From an uncultured Ruminococcus sp. (GTDB lineage: Bacteria; Bacillota; Clostridia; Oscillospirales; CAG-272), in contig CAZQII010000004.1 in assembly GCA_964593825.1 (NCBI GenBank), positions 1 to 45,455 of the forward strand: a DNA stretch of 45,455 nucleotides, given 5' to 3'. The notes beneath the pieces are model-generated. The model made no database searches. It was given only the letters and a program-made list of their open reading frames with translations, and was not told the origin of the DNA. The translations under genes were made by a program, and so were the position numbers. Positions 36,143-44,403 of the stretch are shown here, one piece after another (positions within the stretch are counted from its first letter, which is position 1; each line of letters starts with the position of its first letter).

Positions 36143-36171
36143 ATTATATCATGAAATTGGTCAAATTGCAA
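36143..36171 (-). promoter_or_regulatory. Sigma-A promoter of the hydrogenase operon
   Basis: TTGCAA-17-TATAAT with TGn extension. Confidence 0.7.
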
Positions 36172-36296
36172 TATAATTCGCAAAATTTTTCATCTTTTTT
36201 GGGGGAATAGGCAAAACGAAAGGCGCCGCACCGAAGAGCACATGCCCACCGTGAAAAGTGACTGTGCAATCTTCATGCAAAAGCGCCTTTTGATAT

Positions 36297-36842
36297 TTAA
36301 AATGTGCGACCTGCGATCACGTTGCCGTCGAGATCCTTTATCTCGATCCGACGCCCGTGATAAACGGCGTAGCTCCTCGGATTGTTTTCCTTCGGCAATG
36401 CGACGGAGCCGGGATTAACATAAAAGTTGCCGCCTTTGAGCTCCTCGATTTTAAGGACGTGCGTATGACCGTGGAGCAGGATCTCGCCTCCCGCGAGCGG
36501 CGGCGGATTCTCCGCGCTCAGGCGGTGTCCGTGCGTTGCGAAAAGCGTCAAGCCGTCCAGCGACAGGTAGATATAGTCCGCCATAATGGGGAAGGAGAGT
36601 ACCATCTGATCGACCTCGGTGTCGCAGTTGCCGCGTACGCAAAGAATTTTTTCTTTATTTTCATTCAAAAGCGCGATGACCTCCTTCGGGGCATATGTCG
36701 GCGGCAGGTCGTTGCGCGGGCCGTGGTAAAGAATATCGCCGAGGATCAGTATCTTATCGGCGCCCTCTCTTTCGTATGCCGCAAGGATCTGCCTTGCACT
36801 GTCCGAATCTCCGTGTATGTCCGAGCATATGAGAAGCTTCAT
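36297..36842 (-). CDS. yfcE: YfcE-family metallophosphoesterase
   Basis: SDIHG, LGDILYHGPRN, VRGNCD.EVDQM, HGH, GHTH and NPGS. Confidence 0.9.
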   Translation of the reverse strand: MKLLICSDIHGDSDSARQILAAYEREGADKILILGDILYHGPRNDLPPTYAPKEVIALLNENKEKILCVRGNCDTEVDQMVLSFPIMADYIYLSLDGLTLFATHGHRLSAENPPPLAGGEILLHGHTHVLKIEELKGGNFYVNPGSVALPKENNPRSYAVYHGRRIEIKDLDGNVIAGRTF

Positions 36843-36876
36843 TTATTAAACTCCTTTTGAGTGATTTGTAGGCGTG

Positions 36877-37542
36877 TCAGACCGCCGCGAGGTCCTTTTC
36901 CGCGTTTTCGCCGTCCGACGGTTGTTTTTTCTTAAATATGTAGAACTTGGATTCCGTTCCTTTAAACAGGCGTAAGATGTTCTTCCTGTGTCTGACGATC
37001 ATAAAGACGACGCATGCGCACATCATCGCGTATGCCGCCGCGCTCTCGATCCCGATGAACGGTATGACAATCAGCGCGGACAGAAGACCGACCATGGTTG
37101 CGAGCGACATGTATTTCGCCGTCAGCAAAAGTATCACCATTACCGCCGTTGCGGCAAGACCGGCGAGCGGATGGAAAAACCACATGGCCGAAAGGCAGAC
37201 GAGGAAGCCCTTGCCGCCCTTAAATCCATACCAAACGGGGAATGCGTGGCCGAGCATCGCAAATACGCAGGTGAAGGCGATGCCGAGCTGCCATCCGAGA
37301 AGCATTTTGTCAAAAACGATTCCGAAAATGAGGCAGGGGAGCGCCGATTTTAAGAGATCCAGGATCATGACGACCCATCCGAGCGAGCCGAAGCAACGCT
37401 TGAAATTCGTGAATCCAGGATTTCCGCTGCCGCATTCGCGTATGTCTTTTTTATATACCGCCTTAGATAAAATTATGGCGGGATTGATGCCGGAAACAAG
37501 ATATGCCGACACCGCGGCAACGGCAAAAATTATGTAAGTCAT
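36877..37542 (-). CDS. plsY: Acyl-phosphate:glycerol-3-phosphate acyltransferase (paralog 2)
   Basis: GSGNPGFTN, DLLK, GHAFP, FKGGKG and RHRKNI.RL..GTE. ATG 37542 after GGAG. Confidence 0.9.
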   Translation of the reverse strand: MTYIIFAVAAVSAYLVSGINPAIILSKAVYKKDIRECGSGNPGFTNFKRCFGSLGWVVMILDLLKSALPCLIFGIVFDKMLLGWQLGIAFTCVFAMLGHAFPVWYGFKGGKGFLVCLSAMWFFHPLAGLAATAVMVILLLTAKYMSLATMVGLLSALIVIPFIGIESAAAYAMMCACVVFMIVRHRKNILRLFKGTESKFYIFKKKQPSDGENAEKDLAAV

Positions 37543-37609
37543 AAATTTCTCCGATTTTTTGGTTTTGAAAGATAAAAATGCGGCAGAAGATGTCTGGCCT
37601 ATATGTCGG

Positions 37610-39274
37610 TCATTCCGCAACGATGATCATGTCGTAGATATCCTGACCGCCGTCTATTATAAACAGCTCCGTGTGGGGGTATTCGCGCCCGACGTAAGCG
37701 TACATCTCCTCGGCGGCGGACTTGTCGAGTCCGAGTCCGTTTATCAGGATGAGCACCTCGTGCTCTCTTGCATTAAGCGAATCCAATGCGTCGGCAAAGG
37801 TCTTTATCGCGCTGTCCGATGCCGCAGCGACGCGCTTGTCGATTATTGCTATGTGATCGCCCGCATGAAGCGAAAATCCGTCCATCTCTGCGTCTCTTAC
37901 GCACTTTGATATCTCGGCGGTGCAGACATCCCTCATTGCCGTCCGACAGCCCTCGACTGCCGATTCGATATCTCCGCCCTCGGTGTCCAGCATGGACAGC
38001 GCCGCATATCCCTCTCCGATCGAGCGGCTCTCGATGACCCTGATATCCGCACGGCCGTAGAGATTGGCCGCCTGCTTCGCCGCAAGGACGGAGTTCGAAT
38101 TGTTGGGGAAGACGATAATAGCTTTTGCATTTGCTTTTTCAAAAGCGCGGACAAAATCCTCGGCGGAGGGGTTCATGCTACGTCCTCCGTCTATTACGAA
38201 GTCCGCGCCCATTTCCTTGAATGCGTTTATTACACCTTCTCCGTTTGCCACCGCGACCGTGCATATCTCGCGCAGCGGCTCCTGCGCCGTCTCCTCGGCG
38301 GTCTTTTCCTCGGTCGCGTCGTCATCGGTCATCAGATTGCTGTTGTGCTGCAGTGACATGTTTTCGATCTTAACATTAAGAAATTCGCCGTACCTTTGGC
38401 AAAATTCCAGAATCTCGTGCGGCTTCTTCGTATGCACATGCACCTTGAGAACGCTGTCCCTCTTTACCGTAACGACGGAATCGCCGAGGTGCTTTAATTC
38501 ATCCGCGAATGCCTCCGCATCGAAATTCTTTATATCGGTCTTCGCGTTTTGAAGGCGGATCAAAAGCTCCGTGCAGTAGCCGAACGTAAGCTCACTGTCC
38601 TCGCCGAACGCGGCGTAATCTATTTTGCTGCCGCCGGTGCTTTTGTATGTCTCCGCCATGCCGAAGTCCTCGCCAGCGAGTGCGCGCTTCATTCCCTCGG
38701 CAATATAAACGATTCCAGCTCCGCCGGAATCAACGACTCCCGCTTTCTTTAAGACGGGAAGAAGATCCGGCGTCCTTGCAAGCGAGCGCTTGGCCTCTTC
38801 TATAAAAGCATCGAGAAACTCCTCGGGGCTCTTCGCCTTTTTCGAGCATGCGAAATGCGTGGCCTCTCTTATGACCGTGAGTATCGTTCCCTCGGTCGGG
38901 TTTAAAACGGATTGATATGCATATTCGACGCCCTTCTTGAATGCCTCCTCGAGCGAGCGCTCGTCGGCCTCCTTTGTGCTTTCGAATCCGTGGCTTATTC
39001 CGTCGAAAAATTGTGAGAGGATGACACCGGAATTTCCTCTTGCCGACATGAGCATTCCGTCGGCTATGCTTTTTGCCGTTGCGGCCAGGTCATCGCCCAC
39101 CGTCGGGCTCGTTGCGCCGCCCTTGATCGTCAGAAGCATGTTTTCTCCGGTATCTCCGTCCGGTATCGGGAAGACGTTCAGGTCGTTTACCTCCTGCGCG
39201 TGGCGCTCAAGGACCTCTGTTCCGCCCTTGAGCATCTCCGCGTATCGAGTGCCGTTTATCTTTTCGTTTTCCAT
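37610..39274 (-). CDS. fakA: Fatty acid kinase catalytic subunit (DAK2-domain, YloV-like)
   Basis: LNVFPIPDGDTGENM, ARGNSGVILSQ, EGTILTV, GVVDSGG, GYCTE, KVHVHT and KIENM..QH. Confidence 0.92.
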   Translation of the reverse strand: MENEKINGTRYAEMLKGGTEVLERHAQEVNDLNVFPIPDGDTGENMLLTIKGGATSPTVGDDLAATAKSIADGMLMSARGNSGVILSQFFDGISHGFESTKEADERSLEEAFKKGVEYAYQSVLNPTEGTILTVIREATHFACSKKAKSPEEFLDAFIEEAKRSLARTPDLLPVLKKAGVVDSGGAGIVYIAEGMKRALAGEDFGMAETYKSTGGSKIDYAAFGEDSELTFGYCTELLIRLQNAKTDIKNFDAEAFADELKHLGDSVVTVKRDSVLKVHVHTKKPHEILEFCQRYGEFLNVKIENMSLQHNSNLMTDDDATEEKTAEETAQEPLREICTVAVANGEGVINAFKEMGADFVIDGGRSMNPSAEDFVRAFEKANAKAIIVFPNNSNSVLAAKQAANLYGRADIRVIESRSIGEGYAALSMLDTEGGDIESAVEGCRTAMRDVCTAEISKCVRDAEMDGFSLHAGDHIAIIDKRVAAASDSAIKTFADALDSLNAREHEVLILINGLGLDKSAAEEMYAYVGREYPHTELFIIDGGQDIYDMIIVAE

Positions 39275-40170
39275 CAGTTTTCACCGACCTTGAAGTCAAC
39301 AGTTTTTCCGAATGCAAATACGCCGACCGCGTCAGGACCTATCGAAGCGCCGATTATCGGGCCGATGAGTCCCACGCAAATATCCTTGCAGGGAACAGTC
39401 CTCTTTACTATATCCGTCAGCTCGCTTACCTCCTCGTCGGTGCAGTCTGCGTGAACTATGTAAACAGTCTGCTCCTCTGGTGCGACGATGCTGTCCTTGA
39501 GCAGCGTTGCAATCTCCTCGAACGACGTGCGTCTGCCCTTAACCTTTTTGAAGGCAGCTTGCTCGCCGTCAACGTCGGAGATTATTATCGGCTTAACGCC
39601 GAGCAGATTGCCGAAGAATGCGGCGGGTCCCTTGACTCTGCCCGATCTGTGGAGTGCCTTGAGCGAGTGCACGGTCACGTACTCGTTGACATCCTTGCGC
39701 ATTTTGACGATCCTGTCGGCGATCTCCTCGGCGCCGAGTCCGTCGCGCGCCATCTTTGCCGCCTCTATCGCAAGCATGCCCTCGCCGATCGAAGCGTTCT
39801 TCGAGTCGATGCATATGATCTTTGCGCCCTCGTATTTCTCGAGCACCTTCTTTGCCACGTTTGCACCCGTGTTGACGGAGCCGGACTGCTTGAGCGAGCA
39901 TCCGACGTACACAATATCCTTTCCGTCCGAGAGGTGCTTTTCAAACACGCGGACGAATTCGTCGGGCGGCACCTGTGTAGTAAGAACTCGCGAGCCGCCG
40001 CGCATTATTTCGTAAAGCGCATGTGCCTCCTCGCGCGTCCATGTTAATTCCGCCGGAGTCTCCTTTTCATTATATACCGTCATCATCTTCGCATAGTCGA
40101 TATCGTATTTTACAAGGAGATCACCCGGAAGATCCGAGCATGAATCTGTTAAGATCTGAACCTTTCTCAT
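39274..40170 (-). CDS. fakB: DegV-family fatty-acid-binding protein (FakB)
   Basis: ILTDSCSDL, TTQV, S...SGS, IDSK, L.RSGRV, LGVKPII and K.KG. TGATG overlap with fakA. Confidence 0.9.
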   Translation of the reverse strand: MRKVQILTDSCSDLPGDLLVKYDIDYAKMMTVYNEKETPAELTWTREEAHALYEIMRGGSRVLTTQVPPDEFVRVFEKHLSDGKDIVYVGCSLKQSGSVNTGANVAKKVLEKYEGAKIICIDSKNASIGEGMLAIEAAKMARDGLGAEEIADRIVKMRKDVNEYVTVHSLKALHRSGRVKGPAAFFGNLLGVKPIIISDVDGEQAAFKKVKGRRTSFEEIATLLKDSIVAPEEQTVYIVHADCTDEEVSELTDIVKRTVPCKDICVGLIGPIIGASIGPDAVGVFAFGKTVDFKVGEN

Positions 40171-40231
40171 TGCATTATCCCTCTTTTTATTAAACTTATT
40201 TCGAGCCTGAAAATCTCGATCCTATTCATAA

Positions 40232-40274
40232 ATTATAAATATTTACTTCAATTGTCCGTCAAATAAAAATCAAC
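40232..40274 (-). promoter_or_regulatory. fakB promoter with three TTGA repeats at 11-bp period (putative OmpR-type operator)
   Basis: Minus strand: gTTGAt-tttta-tTTGAc-ggaca-aTTGAa-9 nt-TATAAT. Confidence 0.55.
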
Positions 40275-40324
40275 TTTTGTTGAAAAAAGTCGGGTAATAA
40301 TCTTTCAAGGTGGTTTATCTCGGC

Positions 40325-41389
40325 TTACTGTATCGGCATCCTGACAGTGAAGCGGCAGCCCCCCTTGGGGAGGTTTTCCGTGCTTGCGCTTCCGTCGTAA
40401 ATATCGAGGATGCGCTTGACGAGCGAGAGCCCCAAGCCGTTGCCCTCGCTCTTATGCGAGCTGTCGCACTGATAGAATTTGTCGAATATTCTTTTTTTAA
40501 GGGCGCTGTCGATCCCGGGGCCGCTGTCGTCGACATTGAATATTATCTCGCGGTCCTCCTTCTTCAGCGTGATCCTCACGGTCCCCGATTCTGGTGAAAA
40601 CTTTATTGCGTTGTCGATCAGATTGTACCATACGTGCATTATGATCCCGGCATTGCCGTTGTATGCGATATTGTCGAGCTCCACGTCGAACTCCACGTTC
40701 TTCTGCGTCCATTTCGGCTCGAGCATCAGTATGGTCTGTCTTATCTGCTCGTCGAGGCTGAACACCTCGGCCTTCGCCTTTATATTTTGATTGTCCAGCT
40801 TTGAGAGCAGGAGAATGTTTCCGACAAGCTCGGAGAGGCGGTTGGTATTAAGGAGTATTTTCTCGATGCATTTTGCTCTGTCCTCCTCGTCCGAATCCTG
40901 TAGGAGCATCGCGTAGCCCTCTATTGCGGTTATCGGAGTTTTGATCTCGTGCGAGACATTTGAGATGAAATCCGATTTGAGCATTTCGTTCGCCTCGAGC
41001 TCACGCGTCATGAGGTTGAAATTCCTGTATATGTGCTCCACATCGCGGTAGTGCGATGTTTCCTCGAGCCTGACGGCGAAGTTGCCCTTCGTGACCTCCT
41101 CCATAGACTCGTCGAGCTTTCTGATGGGGGAGAGAAAGACCTTATTCAGCGTGAACGAGAACGTGACGACTATCGTCAGACCGAAGATGAGTATCCACGC
41201 GGTCGTCGGGATCTTCAGGAGCTTTTGGAATATATCCGAAAACTGATATGACAGGAAGGTCGCAACCGCGAACGCAATAAAGAATTCGCCTGCCAAAAGG
41301 AAGGACAGATACCAGCTTATTCCGAATTTTCTCTTCAGATTTTCCGTTGATATTTTTAAATTTTCAGTCGATATATTAGGTTTCTTCAT
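40325..41389 (-). CDS. Sensor histidine kinase (two TMs with a short loop, HAMP, HisKA, HATPase), HssS-like
   Basis: FISNVSHEIKTP, NLIDNAIKF, DSGPGI, FDKFYQ and GNGLGL. Confidence 0.93.
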   Translation of the reverse strand: MKKPNISTENLKISTENLKRKFGISWYLSFLLAGEFFIAFAVATFLSYQFSDIFQKLLKIPTTAWILIFGLTIVVTFSFTLNKVFLSPIRKLDESMEEVTKGNFAVRLEETSHYRDVEHIYRNFNLMTRELEANEMLKSDFISNVSHEIKTPITAIEGYAMLLQDSDEEDRAKCIEKILLNTNRLSELVGNILLLSKLDNQNIKAKAEVFSLDEQIRQTILMLEPKWTQKNVEFDVELDNIAYNGNAGIIMHVWYNLIDNAIKFSPESGTVRITLKKEDREIIFNVDDSGPGIDSALKKRIFDKFYQCDSSHKSEGNGLGLSLVKRILDIYDGSASTENLPKGGCRFTVRMPIQ

Positions 41390-42057
41390 AGCTTAACTAC
41401 CTTGTAGCCTATTCCGCGCATGGTAACGATCTTAAAGTCTGTGCTGTTTCCAAACTTCTCGCGCAGTCGACCTATGTGGACGTCCACCGTGTGCGTGTCC
41501 GCATCCGATGAGTAGCCCCATATGTCATCCATAAGCTGCTGCCTTGTAAATATTTTTCCCGGGTATGCCGCCATCTTGTAAAGAAGCATGAATTCCTTTT
41601 GCGCCAGAACAAGGCTGCCTTCCTCTGTCGTGACCGTGAGGGAGTCGCAGTCAAGGACCGTGGAGCCGATCGTCTGCCGCCTCTCGCTGACCATTTTTGC
41701 CCGACGGAGCAGGGCACCGACGCGGAGCACGAGCTCCTTTATGTTTATCGGCTTTATCATATAATCGTCGCTCCCCGACATGAATCCGCGCTCCATTTCG
41801 TCAAAGGCGTCCTTCGCGGTTATCATAAGCACAGGGGTGGTGTATCCCGCCTCGCGCAGGCTGCGCACCAGCTCGTGCCCGTCCATGACCGGCATCATTA
41901 TATCGGAGATGATCACGTCATAATAGCTTTCGTCCAAGGAATCGAGCGCCTCTTTTCCGTTTGACACACCCGTAACGGCGTAGCCGTCCTTTGTGAGGAC
42001 GCGCTCGAACATTCTTCTGAGCTCTCTGTCATCCTCTGCAATCAACACTTTAAACAT
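41386..42057 (-). CDS. OmpR/PhoB-family response regulator, HssR-like
   Basis: AEDD, DIMMP, TAK, DDYMIKP, TVDVHI.RLR.K and TMRGIGYK. ATGA overlap with the kinase. Confidence 0.94.
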   Translation of the reverse strand: MFKVLIAEDDRELRRMFERVLTKDGYAVTGVSNGKEALDSLDESYYDVIISDIMMPVMDGHELVRSLREAGYTTPVLMITAKDAFDEMERGFMSGSDDYMIKPINIKELVLRVGALLRRAKMVSERRQTIGSTVLDCDSLTVTTEEGSLVLAQKEFMLLYKMAAYPGKIFTRQQLMDDIWGYSSDADTHTVDVHIGRLREKFGNSTDFKIVTMRGIGYKVVKL

Positions 42058-42099
42058 AACATCCTCCGACGAATTAAAAATAAACTTACATTATTTTTA

Positions 42100-42143
42100 A
42101 TTATAGCAAGACAAATTCAACTGTTTTTCAATCAAATGTCAAC
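42100..42143 (-). promoter_or_regulatory. Response regulator promoter with three TTGA repeats at 11-bp period
   Basis: Minus strand: gTTGAc-atttg-aTTGAa-aaaca-gTTGAa-10 nt-TATAAT (TGn-extended). Confidence 0.6.
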
Positions 42144-42290
42144 AATAATTGATTTTATTATACAACAAGCAAGGGGAAAATGCAAGTAGAAAAAATATTA
42201 ATTTTCGGGTAAGATCCCACGAAAAAAACAACGCGCCGAGCTTTCGCTCTGCGTCGGCGTCCATTGTCGCAAAAGCGCACCTTCTCATCC

Positions 42291-42319
42291 TTGACAAATA
42301 AAAAAACTTGTGATATAAT
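42291..42319 (+). promoter_or_regulatory. Consensus sigma-A promoter
   Basis: TTGACA-17-TATAAT with TGn extension. Confidence 0.85.
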
Positions 42320-42363
42320 CAAATTTAAGGAAAAAATAAACGAAGCCCGAAACGGAGGAAAAA

Positions 42364-44361
42364 ATGGCTGCGAGGACTGCAAAAAAAGGAGAATACGATA
42401 ACCAAAGCATAAAAAGCCTTAAGGGCGCGGACAGAGTGAGAAAAAGACCGGCGGTCATTTTCGGCTCCGACGATCTCATCGGCTGTCAGCATTCTTTTAT
42501 CGAAATACTCGCAAACGCGGTCGATGAGGCGCGCGAGGGCTACGGCGATAAGATCATAGTGAAAAAATATTCGGACTGCTCCATAGAGGTCGAGGACTTC
42601 GGCAGAGGAGTGCCGCTCGGATATAACGAGAAGGAAAAAAGATGGAACTGGGAGCTCGTTTTCTGCGAGCTTTACGCAGGCGGAAAATACGATAACAACG
42701 ACGGCAACTCGGCATATGAGTTTTCTCTCGGTCTTAACGGACTCGGCGCGACCGCGACTCAGTATTCCTCCGAATATATGAACGTAAGATCGTATAACGG
42801 AAAAACGCTGTCCGAGATGAATTTCAAGTCAGGAGAGCCGGTCGGCACTCTCGCTGTATCCGATATAACACCGGGCATGAAGAAGCGCGGAACCGTTATA
42901 AGATGGCTCCCGGATCTTAAGGTCTTTAAGGAGATAAACATTCCCGAGGATTTCCTTGCGGCAACGCTCAGACGTCAGGCGTTTGTAAACGCGGGCATAC
43001 ATTTTCATCTCGAGGTCGAGAGGGAAAAGGGCAAGTTCGAAAAGCAGGAATTCTATTACGCAAACGGTGTTCAGGATTATATCGCCGAGATCACCGAGGG
43101 CATAGCGATGACTCAGCCCGTCATATGGCGCATCGAAACAAAGGGCCGCGACCGCGAGGACATGAAGGATTACAAGCTTAAGGCGGAGGTCACGTTTTGC
43201 TTTGCCAAATCCGGAATGGCGGAGTATTATCACAACTCGTCCTTCCTCGAGTACGGCGGTGCACCGGACAAGGCCGTGAAAAGCGCATTCGCCTATGCCA
43301 TCGATAAGCACATCAAGGCGCAGAACAAGTATGCGCGCGGCGAGTCCAAGATCGGATTTGCCGACATTGCGGACAACCTCGCCGTTATAGTCAATTCCGC
43401 CTCGACGCAGACCTCGTACGAGAACCAGACCAAGAAGGCGATCACGAATGCCTTTATCCAGAAGGCGCTTACCGAGTTTATAAAAACGAATCTTGACATC
43501 TATCTGACGGAGAATCAAAGCGCGGCGGCAACGATAATCAATCAGGTCCTCGTTAACATGAGGGCGAGAGAGACGGCGGAAAAGACAAAGATAGATATAA
43601 AAAAGAAGCTCGCGGGAAACGCGATGGACATTTCAAACAGGGTCGAAAAATTCGTCCCGTGCAGATCCAAGGATCCCGAGCTCCGCGAGGTTTATATCGT
43701 TGAGGGAGATTCGGCAATGTCGAGCTGTAAGCTCGGAAGAAATGCCGATTTTCAGGCGATAATACCTATCAGAGGAAAGACCCTCAACTGCATGAAGAGC
43801 TCGTATGACAAGATCTTCTCGAGCGACATCATCATCGATCTTTTGAAGGTCATCGGCTGCGGCGTTGAGGTGAAGACCAAAAAATCCGATGTCTCCGCCT
43901 TCGATTACAATGCATTGAAGTGGAACAAAATAATAATCTGCACGGATGCGGACGAGGACGGCTTCCATATAAGGACGCTTCTTTTGACGATGTTCTGCCG
44001 ATTGCTCCCCACTCTTATAGAAAAAGGGAAGATATTCATCGCGGAATCGCCGCTCTATGAGATCAACTCCGGCGGGGAAACTTATTTCGCCTACGACGAA
44101 AAGGAAAAGGCAGATATACTCTCGCGCCTCGGAGGCAAAAAATACACCCTTCAGAGATCCAAGGGACTCGGCGAAAATGAGCCGGACATGATGTGGCGCA
44201 CGACCATGTGCCCACAGACGCGCCGCCTTATTGCGGTAACGCCGACGGACGCCGAAATGACGGCGAGAATGTTCGATGTTCTGCTCGGAGATTCTCTTCA
44301 GGAAAGAAAGAAATTTATTACCGAAAACGGTTATAAATACATTAAAGATGCTGATTTATAA
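42364..44361 (+). CDS. Type IIA DNA topoisomerase subunit B (GyrB/ParE-like, divergent)
   Basis: VRKRP, EILANAVDE, D.GRGVP, AGGKY and GLNGLG; TOPRIM motifs VEGDSA, PIRGK and DADEDG.HI; R.KGLGE. Confidence 0.93.
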   Translation: MAARTAKKGEYDNQSIKSLKGADRVRKRPAVIFGSDDLIGCQHSFIEILANAVDEAREGYGDKIIVKKYSDCSIEVEDFGRGVPLGYNEKEKRWNWELVFCELYAGGKYDNNDGNSAYEFSLGLNGLGATATQYSSEYMNVRSYNGKTLSEMNFKSGEPVGTLAVSDITPGMKKRGTVIRWLPDLKVFKEINIPEDFLAATLRRQAFVNAGIHFHLEVEREKGKFEKQEFYYANGVQDYIAEITEGIAMTQPVIWRIETKGRDREDMKDYKLKAEVTFCFAKSGMAEYYHNSSFLEYGGAPDKAVKSAFAYAIDKHIKAQNKYARGESKIGFADIADNLAVIVNSASTQTSYENQTKKAITNAFIQKALTEFIKTNLDIYLTENQSAAATIINQVLVNMRARETAEKTKIDIKKKLAGNAMDISNRVEKFVPCRSKDPELREVYIVEGDSAMSSCKLGRNADFQAIIPIRGKTLNCMKSSYDKIFSSDIIIDLLKVIGCGVEVKTKKSDVSAFDYNALKWNKIIICTDADEDGFHIRTLLLTMFCRLLPTLIEKGKIFIAESPLYEINSGGETYFAYDEKEKADILSRLGGKKYTLQRSKGLGENEPDMMWRTTMCPQTRRLIAVTPTDAEMTARMFDVLLGDSLQERKKFITENGYKYIKDADL

Positions 44362-44403
44362 TAAAAATTAAAAACATAATTCAAAGCAGAAAGGTAAAAA
44401 CAA

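Noticed and set aside
36081-36296. Rex operator upstream of the hydrogenase operon
   Set aside because: No convincing TTGTGAA-N4-TTCACAA palindrome was found.
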